Below, piece by piece: positions 40,934 through 53,525 of a stretch of 64,000 nt of DNA. The position numbers and the translations under genes are program-made. Each line of letters starts with the position of its first letter. The first letter of the stretch is position 1. The notes beneath the pieces are model-generated. The model ran no database searches. It was not told the DNA's origin and saw only the letters and a program-made list of their open reading frames with translations. The stretch covers positions 96,412,001-96,476,000 of the forward strand of contig NW_024704743.1 of NCBI RefSeq assembly GCF_018977255.1, written 5' to 3'. This DNA is from Callorhinchus milii. Its lineage: Eukaryota.

Positions 40934-41330
40934 ATGGTAAAGGACTTGCGACCGATCTCTGACAACACCACAGATCACCAATTGGTCCACACGCAGGTTG
41001 CAGAGACTATCAGAGTGGGAGGGATGGTGGCAGACCCCATCGGGGAGTACCCTGTTCTTGGAGTGTTCGAATGTGAAGATGGTCTGGAGACAGATGGAAT
41101 GGCTGCTCTCGCGCTTTGTCCCTGGTGATCTACTGTCACGGCAGTTGGTGCTGTACAGTCTCTTCCTGGGGACTCACAGCGAGACCGACATCTAGTGCAC
41201 CTGAAGTCCTATCAACTCGGAGAAAGAGGTCCTTTGGCACTCCCAAAATCTGATGATCCTCCGGTGGAATGACATGTCGGAGGGCCTGCTGTAGACTTAT
41301 ACACTCTAGGATCAGGGATTAAGTGTTGAC
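40934..41330 (+). mobile_element. L1/Tx1-clade LINE ORF2 C-terminal remnant
   Basis: TLFLECSNVKMVWRQMEWLLSRFVP...VLYSLFLGTHSETDI*...INSEKEVLW resembles the region after the zinc finger of Tx1-type ORF2; stops present. Confidence 0.65.
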
Positions 41331-41344
41331 AGACACGTTGAAAT

Positions 41345-41490
41345 ATTCCGTTCTTACGAAGGGTCGTGGACCCGAAACATTGACTCACTTTCCTTTCTTC
41401 ATAGATGCTGCCTGACCTGCTGAGTGTTCCCAGCGACTTATGTTTTTGCTTCAGATTTCCAGCATCTGCAGTATTTTGTGTCTTGTATAA
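41345..41490 (+). mobile_element. Penelope-like terminal-repeat relic
   Basis: gaagggtc...gacccgaaac...agatgctgcctgacctgctgag...agatttccagcatctgcagt, a motif I recognise from chondrichthyan Penelope-derived repeats. Confidence 0.65.
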
Positions 41491-44231
41491 GTCGTCGATG
41501 TTGTACTCCTTCTATGGCTTGCCAGAGATCGGGAATTTGGTAATGAAGAATGTTCACACAAACCACTGGATCAACACAGAATACTGGGAGCATCCGCATG
41601 TTGATTTCAAACATTATTGAAATACTGTACAAAGCAGGACTTGTACATTCTGCTGCCTTAAAACACAGGCAAAAAATACACAATCAAGATTTCAAAGATA
41701 AATTTGGGTTTATTTTAAAAAACGTTACAACAGTTTCTAAAAAATCGTTGCTTGAAATCTATTTAAGCATTTTATTTTCATTAACATTTTAATGATTGCA
41801 TTCCAGCCTAATAAGTGCAATAAAATTACCTGGATTGCTTTCAGGTACACTAAACTCTAAACTAACACATATTAATAGTTAAGTGCACTAAAAAAATAGA
41901 TGGTGGGATAACAAGGCCCGAAACTTTTCCCTCCTCAATTGTGCTGGAATAAGGTATTAATACAGGCAATGGCGACAGGAGCAGTATTTGGAATCCATTC
42001 GGTCTCAGCATATCCTGGGTTAGGGAAGGGAAACCCTGGGTTCCTCACTCCTGATACTCATCTAGAGACCCTGACTTAAAAGTGTCTGTGGGCACTTGAT
42101 GAGGATAGGGTCAAGCTTGATTGTGACGTTGCCTCTCTAATACAGGCATATAACTGGACTCAAGACAACAACAACAAAATTACATTTGTATAGCGTCTTT
42201 CACGTCGGGAGGACGTTCCAAGGTGCTGGACAGACAGAATTTTGGTCGGGGAAGACAATGAATAAGGGCCATTTAGCAAGATATTGGAGGGTCTGATGCC
42301 TTCAGGGGAGGGAAGAAACCTGAAAATAGCCTTTAAGATTATCCCACATTATAAAAGTAACATATAGTAGTAGATTTTATTGCACTGATTCCACAATCTA
42401 TTTCTATATGGAGTCTGGTTAGTGCAAAAATTGCCAAAAATAAGGACTTACATTGTACTATCCTTTCTTTGTACAATCAACATTATGCAGGATTACATTG
42501 TTATGATTTGAGTGTTAGAATTGTAATTGGTGGTACAAAACTATTTGCAAACTATTCTCTAATAGGAAGACTGCAATGAATGGGTACGGAAGGATAAGAT
42601 CAAATAGGCCTTCTTTAGAGTATCTCTTTTGACTTTGTGATGAAGTTACTAGTCCACAGCATATAACTAGAGAACCTGTTATAGCAGAGAATATAGAGTA
42701 GATTCATGAGAATGATGCTGGAGATGAAGGAATATAGCTATCAAGAGAGGATGGAGAGGTTAAGTCTCTTTGGCACAATGAAAGTTCAGGGATGATACAA
42801 TAGAGGTGTTTCAGATAATGAAAGAGTTTGAGAGGATGAATAGAACTGCTTCCGCTGGTAAGTAATATGAAGATAAAAGGCATAATTTAAGATTATAGAT
42901 TTAAGATTATTGTAATGTTCGTTTACAAAATACACAATCTCTAGACTTTATAGTAAAATCCTGTGAAGCTCTTTGATATATCCTCCCACTGTGAAAAGCA
43001 CTATATCAAACACAAGCTTTTTGTTTTAATAACTATGAGCATGAATGGGTAAGTTAAGAAATAAAATTTCCTAGAGTAGCAAATTAATTAGTAGGGGTGG
43101 TTGTTGGAACACATGATTTTCTGGTTGGGTTAAGCAGAGTGGTGGTTAATCACTTCTGGGTTTGTTTAGGACTTCCTCACAAGTGGACCCAAATATATGC
43201 ACCATCATATCTTACCCATTTGAAAGCAGAGACGCAAAGTTACACCAAATAAAAATAACCAACTGTTTGCAAATCCTGACTGAAAACAATGTCTTAAAAT
43301 TAACAAATATATCTGTTTACTTTTGCTTTCCATTCCTCATTGTGCAAATTGGTAGCATTTAAGAACTGCATAATATGTTACACTTTCTTAAAGATGCAAC
43401 CCAAGAGATATCATACAAATTCAACTATAAAATGAAACTTGAAACATAACTTAATACAAGAACCAAGTCCATCCCTCTCCCTCAATGCCATCCAACACAT
43501 CATTGGTAAACATCTTGAATAGGGTTGGTGACAATGGGCAGCCTTGCCTTATCCCTCCTTCAAGAGGGAGGGCTCAGTGAGTCCACCGTCAACCCTTTCA
43601 CAGATCTTGGCGCTGGAATACACATTCCGGATAATGGAATATTCTGGATAATGTTTTCATGTGGTTTAGAACAAAGAATAAACGGTCATGTAAAATTCCT
43701 CTTCCAGCCTCAGAACCAAAAGGTAAGAACTGCAGCATTAAAACTTCAGCCAATGAAGTGAATAGCTTTTGAATAAAAAACATGCTGTGCCTGGACGCAG
43801 AAATCCAGTTATTTATTGCTAGAATGATCAAGCCATTTGGATACGTTTTGGAAGTTGGCACTTTTATCACTGGCCTCACTTTGAGAAAAATAATCAAGTG
43901 AGATCCAGGATGAAGATAGATTGAAAACAATACCTGAATGTCTGAAATTGGACAGCATTTGAATTTGCTCACAAAGGCCTCCAAATTGTTTTGTGGTTGG
44001 AAATTCTCCATTGTGTATGCAGTATACATGAAAGCAACTTCTTATGCCTGATCACATTATTATTAAATACGCCTTTTTTTCCCCCACAGTCCTGCGATTC
44101 CTGAGCAAAATGTCAAGGTGACCTTTCAGTGAGATACTGTATATAATGAACCCATCCAGTTTCTTCCAAGATTTAAAAAAATCACATTTTTTTCCAGAAG
44201 GATAATATCACATTAGCAAAATTGATTAACA

Positions 44232-44472
44232 TTAAAAATTCATAGTCTCTTGGCTGTTGTCTTCTTGAATGTGTGTATTCGTCTGTTTTAATGGGATAAT
44301 TTCAGGCATTTCTGCATGAGTTAATATCCCATTAGCGTCTTTCAGTAGATGGTAGGAATAGCCACGGCGGATTTCAGAGCAAGTGCCATTCTGGCAAAAC
44401 TGGAAGATATTCCCTGCTGCACTCATCAGGAACATCAGCAGAAGGGTAACTGATATGATTGGCCATATTTTC
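44232..44472 (-). CDS. NAGPA: NAGPA last coding exon: transmembrane helix and cytosolic tail
   Basis: KIWPIISVTLLLMFLMSAAGNIFQFC (hydrophobic), then GYSYHLLKDANG resembling the human YAYHPLQE sorting motif; stop at 44232-44234. Confidence 0.88.
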
Positions 44473-45781
44473 CTATTAAATATAGAAAAATACATTGTAA
44501 AAATATTTTCTATTTCACATTGCTTCGTATTTCTAAATCATCACTGACCTAGTAGTATAACTCCAAAATAAAGACCTGATAATATTGCAAAATATTACTT
44601 GCTTAAAGCTCTAGATTTTTCCTAAAATGTGCGAATAGTTAAAAGGAAATTTAAATATGCTAAATTTAAATATGCTACATATGCTAATGGCCCTTCTGCT
44701 CTTGAAAGGTGCAGTAACTATTAGCCCCAAAACATTATACAAATATCTGAAAAGAATGTTCTCAGTCTGAAGAAACACTTAGCCAAAATTCATTCATTTA
44801 GATTTATGCAGGTTCCCATACTATTGGTTATATCCCATTTCTCTTACACTGAAAATATAGCAATGCAAGAACCTACTGTAATCAACACCAATAAAGCAGT
44901 TTTCTTGGGAATGAAGTCAAGGAATAGTATACAGATGGGTTCAGCATATAATTTTCTCCCCTTCCATATAAAATTTATATAGTGGCATACTAGAAGCAGG
45001 CAGTGATTGAATTACAGAAAATGGTTAACGATCTGTCACATTAATTTAACAATAAGACTGACTTTGAAACACAGGATAGCCATTTGGCAAACAAAGAAAC
45101 AAAACAAAAATCTTCCTGTAGGTTACCAGGGGGTCCAAACCCTTATATTTCTGAAAGATTATCAATTTTATTTAAATAGATCAGCACAATATTCTGCCAC
45201 CGGGATTCAATGTCCCCAAAAGTCAGCTGTCCAGTTCTTCTTCTGGGAATACCTTTGTTGCTGTAGTTTTAACCAAAGATAGCCAGAAAAGAGAAAATTG
45301 TGGTAGCATAGATAAATGATGGATGTTTGGCAAACACTTTCCATCCTTTGTACGTTGTCTCAAGTTCTACTACTCCCTAAGTCTCCCAATCAGACTTGTC
45401 TATTTAGTTATTTGGAATTCCAAACTCACCTAACCTTGTGAGTTGTTATTTGGAACTGTCTTTCAGGATACAATTACATTCAAATATACTTTATTGTGTT
45501 GGCTTACTTTGCTCTATCAATTGCTACTTTTGGTGAGTGAAATGAGTGATGCAGGTAAACCAGATCCTCCTTGGCTATATTTTCTAATTCAAAAGGATCA
45601 AATGCAAGGATTACTATTGTCAAGATAATAATATTGCCAAATGGGGGGATGGATTTATATTATATATATATTTTATTTATGTATTTGAAACTCTAATATC
45701 CCATTTAATGCTGCTTCCGGTGAAGTACGAGATGCAAATACCTAGATAATAAAAGATAAAAAAGCAATAAAATATACATAC

Positions 45782-45863
45782 GTTTTCAAGAAATTAGAAT
45801 CCTCTTCCAAGTTTTGTTGCTCCTTCCCCGTTTTATCCATCTGTGAAGCTATGCAATTATGGA
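45782..45863 (-). CDS. NAGPA: NAGPA juxtamembrane stalk exon (human exon 9 equivalent)
   Basis: Acceptor tttgtgttacag, donor gtatgt; (V)HNCIASQMDKTGKEQQNLEEDSNFLK(T); 82 bp, phase 1 to 2, bridging the flanking exons exactly. Weak sequence similarity to human. Confidence 0.72.
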
Positions 45864-46608
45864 CTGTAACACAAATAGGATGGAATTTGTGTCTAATTTG
45901 GATACTATTCATATTATTAAGCTAATTTTAAAAGGGAGACTAATAACTAGCAATGGGTAGAGTTAGTCAAATATAATCACAAATGCATGGAATTTAGTTT
46001 TTTTTTAAATACTAACCAAGCAAAAACATTATTTTGAGGGGAATTGGGTGAAATTTTGACTGATTGTTTACTGCAAGGACCTGAGTTTGCATTGAGCTCA
46101 GAAAGGCTATATGACAGACTTTTCTGCAGCACTTTGGAATCATTTGGTTGGAAATGGATATATTACTATTCCTGTACTGACTCCAATGTGATATAAAATG
46201 TGGAGTGATCTTAAAAATATCGTAATGTCTGATAGCTAATTAAGCCAATGGAAATAACACCCATGCCTGAGCATCCCACTTTATTTTGACTGATCATGCA
46301 AGGACAACAATCGCCCAGGGCAGATTTTGGTGGGAACCAGATTTGTCCCTCTAAAAGCCTTATGCCTTCGACTACTGAATCAAGCAGCTCAACCTTTCTG
46401 CATGAACATGGGCAGATGCCCTCCTTCATCAGTGCCAGTCAAGATGGGCCACCTTCATAGCAAGTGGCAGTGGAGGGCAGGAGATGTGCCTTCTCCCAAT
46501 GTTGGGTCAGATATGATGAAGTATGTACGTAATATCATTTTTCCAGGAAGAAAGAGGAACCAACAAGGTTGTCCTCAATGATTTAAAAAGGTAATTGCGC
46601 ATACATCT

Positions 46609-46990
46609 GGAGTCCTGTAGTTCAGTGATTAGAGCACTCGCCTCACATGCGAGAGACCTGGGTTTGATTCCCACCAGGGTGAAAAGTTGGGCAAGTTTCC
46701 TTACTCACCACGACTGTTTACCTAGCAGTAAGTAGGAACCTGGTTGTAGTCGATTAGTGGATCACTTTTTCGGGGGTAATAATTTCTTCAAAAATAATAA
46801 TAGTAAATTAGTCACTTCAATCCAGTGGGACATTGCTGTTCGCAATTGGCTGCCACGTTTTGCCCACAAAATATAGTCAATTCACTTTGAGGCATATCCT
46901 GTGAAGTGCTTCGAGACGTCTTGAAGATGAGGTAAGGTGCTATATCAAATGCAAATATATCAAAAGTATTATTATAATTATTATTATTAT
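46609..46990 (+). mobile_element. tRNA-headed SINE, longer variant
   Basis: Full head, central segment, Deu block and tail. Confidence 0.85.
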
Positions 46991-48164
46991 ATGAAGATAA
47001 AAATATCTGAGGTGACCCCCTACTAAACCTTCTTTCTCATTTGGACTAACAAAGGACTTCAGAGAATACTTTCATACCACACTGCATACAAACTACTTCG
47101 CTGGAATAGAAACATTTTCCTCCAACTATACAGTTATGCTTTATCCATGATACTGGACTTTTATACCTGTGAAATCTGACATATGTCTCTACTAATACCA
47201 GGAGCACTGAGCTTTCTCCTAGTATCATCTTTTTCTCTAGTCACTTCTCCTGGTATGTTGCAATGTCAAACTACTGAAGATAATAATAATCCTTGCATTT
47301 GATATAGTGCTTTTCATATCTTCGAAACATCTCAAAGAACTTCACAGGATATACTGTAAATTGAATTGACTGTATATTTGTGGGCAAAACAAATATAGGA
47401 TAGGATTATTTATCATGAAAAAGAAATATACTGTACTAGAAAGTGCCTTTTGTTGCATTTTGTGGTGGGGATCATTTGTCAAGTAACTATTTATACTAAC
47501 GTTTTTACAACTTTCATTTTTGAAGAGTGAATGACATGGGTGGGAGAAGTTTGGTAATGCAGGATGTAGCCTAAATATGTGTAGTATCAGAGCGCTAGAG
47601 CTCCAGGACTGTATATGTGCTTATTCTCAAAATAAAAGCCTGGTTCCTGGGTTCTATAGATAAATCTGTGATGCAGCCAGAATAACTCCCCCTAATGTAG
47701 TATAGAACCACACAGCCTAGGAAGTTTCCATGTTTGATCCCTAGTTTGTCCTGTGTGAGCCAATTTGAGTTGTAGTAGTGATGTGACACAAAGCTTTGTT
47801 TCAGTAGCACTGCTGAAGGAGGGCAGGGAGGGTGTTCGAAGGCTCGGTCGAAGAGGAAGGTTTTGAAATTACGACAGATTACCTTGAGGAGAGACATGAG
47901 AAAATCAGGCTGATGTGAGAGGAGAGAAAGTTATAAACATTGGTGCTGTGTGAAAGGGAAAATGTCACAAGTTCTCCAGACATATTGACCTTTACTCTGC
48001 CTCTAAACCATGTTATACTTGGAAACTTGATGTCAATAATTTGATGCCAAAAGTAGCAATTAATTTCACAGTCTTGACATCTTTGACATTGTTCGCAATG
48101 AAAAAGCAAATAAAAAATGTTTTGGTGCTGCACAAAATGTAGTAATTAGTAAATATTTGAGTAC

Positions 48165-48296
48165 CTCTGTACCAGCTGCCATTAAGGATGGACTCAAGGG
48201 TGATGTTACAGCTGCCAGTCACTGGATGGCAGGGGCACATGTCTGCACATTGACATGCCTGCTGACACTGCTGGCCATACCATCCCACAGGACATT
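48165..48296 (-). CDS. NAGPA: NAGPA exon (human exon 8 equivalent)
   Basis: (E)CPVGWYGQQCQQACQCADMCPCHPVTGSCNITLESILNGSWYR; the AGAG|gtactc donor was chosen because it gives the phase needed by the next exon. Confidence 0.85.
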
Positions 48297-49380
48297 CTGT
48301 TTTAAAAAGTGTAGAATTTAGTACACATATTTATGCAAAAATTAGTGTCTATTTTATTTTCATTTGTTTACATTGAAAATCTATTTAATCTGCTTTAAAC
48401 AAAATTAAAAAGGCTATTCTATTAATTAGAAACTCAAACCTCACTGAATGAAAAGATTTGGAAAAAAATTACTTTATATAAAGAAACTATCAAGAAACAA
48501 ATCGCAATTTAAAATGACATAAACACCGACCACAGTGAAATACCTGAGTTCCATTGCAAATGAAAATTAAGAGAGAAAAAAAATTAAGAGAGAAAAAGGA
48601 ACCAAACAGTCACCCCAGTGTTATCATGTGTACTAATTCCTTGTCAGTATTATGTCAGTATTATGTTTAAGTTTAAAATGGATAATTGCTAATTGATAAT
48701 GGATAATTGCTCCCCATTTCTGTAAAATATTTAGGCATTGATTGTGTGATTAAAGCCATTAAAACCTTGTGTGCATTCTGCGTAGTATAGCAGCACGGAG
48801 AAAGAAGTGGCATTGGTAATCAATTTTACCTATATAAAAATACGATAGTACTTCAGATCAGCCTGCCATCTGGCACAATCTGCATGAAATGTGCTGTCAG
48901 CCCAAGAAAACAAAATCATTCACTATTAATGCCCCATTATAGAACAAGTATGAAGATACATAACATCTGGAAATATGTTGATAAACCAGATGAACTTTGT
49001 TCTTGCAGTTTAACATGATAATGTGTTACTACCCTGTTTCAATGTGATGTTGTCTGACATTTATAAAATAGATGATGACATTAAAAATACATTAAATGAA
49101 CAGTTCTGTGAAAGGAAACTAAAACGTTACAGGTTTCAGTAATGTACCGTGTTGAAAGGCTTACTGACAAAATTAACAGAAGTGATTGCCCAAAGTTAAG
49201 TAAGCAAAAGTGTTTATTTAATGCAGTATTTTGAACATTTATTAATTTTAGTTTTTTTAAATAAAAATTTAAATCAGCAACCTCAAACTGTACTATTGAA
49301 CTTAAATGTAGAGCTTTTCATATTATTGAATTTTTGTTGGGATAAAGATTCCAATGCGTAACTGATGTCATTAAGCATTA

Positions 49381-50131
49381 CAGTGGAAGCCAGTTAAGAC
49401 AGACACACTTGGGCCGGCCAGTTTGTCCTGCTTAAGAGGCGTCCGAGGTTAACTGAAATACCAATCCCACCCAGAAGAGGAGCCGCGCAGACACCGTATA
49501 ATAATATGTAATAATGTTGTTTCACTTGAAGCAATGATAACTAAGCAGTTAAACTTAAAACACTTGCACACAATTCAGTAAAATATATTTATCTTTGTTT
49601 GGCTGCAACTGAGAGTGCAGCAGTGTCCGCCCAGCAGAGGAGCAGCGGTGCCGCCTCCCTCCCATTGCCCTCCCCATTGGACGGGAAGGGGACGGTGGCG
49701 CTGAGGTGATTGACAGCCGGCAGTCACTTGTGAATGTTTGGGCTCCAGCCAATGACAAGAGGCTCAGCTGTCAATCAATCGCGATTTCACTTCCTTGTTC
49801 TTCCCTGTTCCTCCGCCCCCTCACTGATTGACAGCCCAACTCCAGCTGCTTGTGAATGGCTGGAGTCCACTGTCAATCGCAATTTGACTCCTCCCTTTTA
49901 CATCTTGGAGCCCTTCATGGCTGAATGGAGTCACTGGACACACAGAATGCCTGAGTGAGTATGTGCAGCAGTGACCAGCGCGGCATTTTGACTGGATTCA
50001 GCAGATTTTTGTTTGAATCAGCTGGCATATTTAAAACAGGCAAGAATACAAATGAATTGGAGCTGGGCGTTTTGTTCAATTTTCCCCGACGTCTGGGGTT
50101 AACCCGCGTCCGGCAAAAGGGGATTTCACTG
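49381..50131. mobile_element. Tc1/mariner (pogo/Tigger-like) non-autonomous element
   Basis: TA then CAGTGGAAGCC at the left end; GGATTTCACTG at the right end (reverse complement CAGTGAAATCC); GC-richer interior. TIR match is short and the right TA is absent. Confidence 0.5.
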
Positions 50132-50184
50132 TCTTTTAATATGAAACATGAGTTGTGAGATCACACACAAGCACATCAGATATA

Positions 50185-50830
50185 AAAGCTGGTTCATAGC
50201 GTAAAGAGTGATCAAAGAGACTCAAGGAATGCTGGACTATTATAAGTATAGAATGTAAGAACAAGGAAGTAATGTCACAATACAGATAGTTTGACAGATA
50301 TCATATGGAGTACTTTATTCAGCTTTGGGTGTTCTACACGAGGAAGATATACTTGCCTTGGAGAATGTTCAGCAAGTAATCACCAAGATGACAATTGGAA
50401 TGCAAAGACTCAACTATGAGAGGCAGAATAAACTTTGGGTCATATTGACTGGAAAACAGGTCGAAGGGAGATCTGATTGAGCTATTCAAAATAATGAAGG
50501 GCACCGACGACGTAAACAAGAACAACTTAATTCTTGGTAGAAATTTAGGACAAAAGGCATAACCTTAAAATTAGAGCTAAAAGGGTCACATAAAGGGTTG
50601 TAAGAATATAAATAATCCTTGCACTTGGAAGGACCAAAAAGGAATTTGGAATAGACTAACTCAGAAAGCCATAGATACAAAGTTGATTGTGATATTCAAA
50701 AGAGCGATTGCATAGATACTTGGAAAGCAAGGAAAGAGGAGAAACAAAATGGAGAAATGGAATTAAGGGAATTGCCTTAGACTTAATGGTGGAGTGGACT
50801 AAATGGGCTGGATGACCTTTGCTTGTTTCT
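50185..50830 (+). mobile_element. Old degenerate CR1 3' fragment
   Basis: gggagatctgattgagctattcaaaataatgaaggg (GDLIELFKIMKG) and a CR1-like 3'UTR. Confidence 0.65.
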
Positions 50831-50940
50831 TAGAAAAGAAAAGGGAAGAACGACAGCTGATGCCAGTATTTAGAGAAAGGTATATCTTACCATAACTAAG
50901 ACAGTTGACTGTAAACTACAGAAAAAAAACACATGCTCAC

Positions 50941-50988
50941 CATAACTACAGTTAACTCCCATCCACCCAGGAAAACAAACACATCCAT
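50941..50988 (-). CDS. NAGPA: NAGPA micro-exon (human exon 7 equivalent)
   Basis: (N)GCVCFPGWMGVNCSY completes the EGF repeat; catacag acceptor, gtgagc donor; 48 bp, phase 1-1. Confidence 0.88.
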
Positions 50989-52087
50989 CTGTATGATAAA
51001 GAGCATTACCTGTTAGTGGCAGAATACATTTTAACAAGAAGAACAATAGCTTACATGTTATAATAATGTGACAAGATAATAATAAAAATAATCTTTACAT
51101 TTGATATTGTGCCTTTCATGTTAGGTGGATGTCTCAAAGTGCTTCACAGAAAGTGTAGTGATACTGTATATTTTTAAGCAAATCGTTAGCCAGTTTGAAC
51201 ACAGCAATTTTCTACAAACAACCATAGTGTGAATAAGCAATTATATCTGGGGAATTATTGGCCAGGACACCAGGAAAAACTTTCCTTTCTTTTTGAGAAG
51301 TGCATTGGTATCTTTAATATCCACCTGAACAGGCAAGTGGGACCTCAGTTTAACATTTCACGCTGGTGGAAAAAATATTTACCACGAGGTAAATAAAGTC
51401 AGTCAGTATTTATGTAACTATAGCTCCCTAGGTAAATGAAGGCAGCCAGTATTTGCATTATAACAATGGTTACCTACTGTTGGTAACATCATCATTAATA
51501 TTCCTCAGTCATTCAAAAACATCACAAATTAGATTTTGCTGTTATCCTGTGGGGAAGGGTGTTGAAATCATCTGGAGGCAAAGTCTATTCATACACAGCC
51601 TCCTTTTTCATCACAACTCAATCTGCTGTACAGAGGAAGCAGCGTCCATAATACAAGTTAACAACACAATAAAATTAAATAGATTATTTCAAAGCTATGT
51701 CAAGAGAAAAGGAGAATCAAGGCAATAGCCTGAGAAGACTTTTCTTATAGTACATAATCTTACATTCTTTTAATTTGCTTAACCTGGACTACAAATTTTG
51801 CCCACAAAATATACAGTTATTATTCTGTGAAGCGCTTTGAGACACCTCAACAATGTGATAAAGTGCTATATAGAATGCAAGGATTATTATTGTTAAATAT
51901 ATCTATACCAAAAGTACATCAGCAGTGCAGAAAATTCTGAGGTTCGACATATTCAGCGTTACAGCAGGGCAAAAGGAATAGAGGGCTGTGGGAGAGGGAT
52001 GAGGAAGGGAGAAGGCTCATGTGGACCATAAATACTGGAATGGTCTCGTTGGGCCCAATGGTCTGTTTCCACGCTGTAACATTCTAT

Positions 52088-52411
52088 GGAGTCCTGTAGC
52101 TCAGTGGTTAGAGCACTCGCTTTGCAAGTGAGAGACCTGAGTTCAATTCCAGGCAGGGCGAAACCTTGGGCAAGTTTCCTTACTCCACACGCCTAATAAT
52201 AATCCCTCCAAAAACCAAAAACAACAATAAATTGGTCATTTTTAATCTACGCCTGTTTGTGGGACATTGCTGTGCGCAATTGGCTGCCGCGTTCGCCCAC
52301 AAATATACAGTCAATTCACTTTGCAGTATGTTCTGTGAAGCGCTTTGGGACGTCCTCCCGACGTGAAAAGCGCTATATCAAATGCAAGGATTATTATTAT
52401 TATTATTATTA
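52088..52411 (+). mobile_element. tRNA-headed SINE, full length
   Basis: Near-consensus copy with A/B boxes, TGC anticodon-like loop and long (TTA)n tail. Confidence 0.92.
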
Positions 52412-53078
52412 TGTAAATTAGCTTGAGGTAAGACAGCACTAAAGCATCTTCTGTTTAAAGACGACAGATCTGCTCCTGATTACAGGAGAAAAAGAACCAG
52501 GTGTAGTGCAGAACAAGTCGAATGGTGAAGGATTCTATCACTGTACAATTGCATGAATTTTTTAACTATTGCCTCCAGGTATTTTACTCTTCATATTTCA
52601 TAGTAACATATTTATGGAGATTGAAATTAAATTGTGTGAATTGACATGCTGAAAACTGAATCATCAAATTCAATAACCTGATTTGCATTCATTTACGGAT
52701 TCTGCTAACCATGTATTAATTGGTTCTCATGCACTTTAGATACAGTAATACGATACTTTGTATAATGTAAACAGAAACATAACTCTACAATTTAGCCAGA
52801 AGAGATTGACAGTAGTGTCAGTAATTCAATATATTGTACACAGCATTCAAATTGAAACCACAAGCAATTGTATTATATGCGCTTTGCTAGCTCTAACAAA
52901 TGGGAGATCCCATTATATGTTCAGAATACAAAATTTACCAGGGCTGGCAAAGAGTAGCTGTTAAGACCCCATAATTGAGTAACTTAGCCCCATTGTTGAT
53001 TCTCAAGCAACATTTTAAAGTTGCATTAACCCTGATTGGATGTACTAAATTTAATTGAGGAGATATATTGATACATAC

Positions 53079-53284
53079 TCTCAGTGCAGATTCCATTCTC
53101 AGTACAATTCGAAGGTCCACAGTCAAGGGTATCACATGCTGGACCAGACCAGAAATCTGTGCAGAAACAATCTCCAAGTAAACAATTCCCATGGCCACTA
53201 CAGTCTGCAGGTACACATTCAGGTTCATGAACACACATAACTGTGGAAACTTGCCGTGGACAGCGCCACATGGAATCAAAAGAA
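53079..53284 (-). CDS. NAGPA: NAGPA exon (human exon 6 equivalent), EGF-like repeats
   Basis: SFDSMWRCPRQVSTVMCVHEPECVPADCSGHGNCLLGDCFCTDFWSGPACDTLDCGPSNCTENGICTE; acceptor ttctttttcgcag, donor gtatgt; 206 bp. Confidence 0.94.
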
Positions 53285-53396
53285 CTGCGAAAAAGAAAGG
53301 AAAGTTCTCACTAATTTGATCAACAATTTAAGTATAATTTCATCTTTTAAGGTTTAATTGATACCTATTCACTGCGGCATGTTAAAGGGTACTTAC

Positions 53397-53525
53397 CAGT
53401 GATCTGATGGGTAGTTTGCAAGAGTTCCATTAAGCACCAGAGTAGCTGAACCCCCTCCATCCAAATTTATGGCATTAACAACTCCACGGTGCTTTAAAAA
53501 TTCTGCCATCTCCCATAGATTCAGC
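53397..53525 (-). CDS. NAGPA: NAGPA exon (human exon 5 equivalent), catalytic-domain motif
   Basis: LNLWEMAEFLKHRGVVNAINLDGGGSATLVLNGTLANYPSDH with the NLDGGGS family motif; ttgcag acceptor, gtaagt donor; 129 bp. Confidence 0.95.

Noticed and set aside
45181..45262. Alternative NAGPA stalk exon after a ctacag acceptor
   Set aside because: No suitable donor or phase match found; 45782-45863 fits both neighbours exactly.
52088..52160. tRNA-Ala-like sequences (also at the other SINE heads)
   Set aside because: Each continues into SINE body and tail and lacks a properly closing acceptor stem; not tRNA genes.
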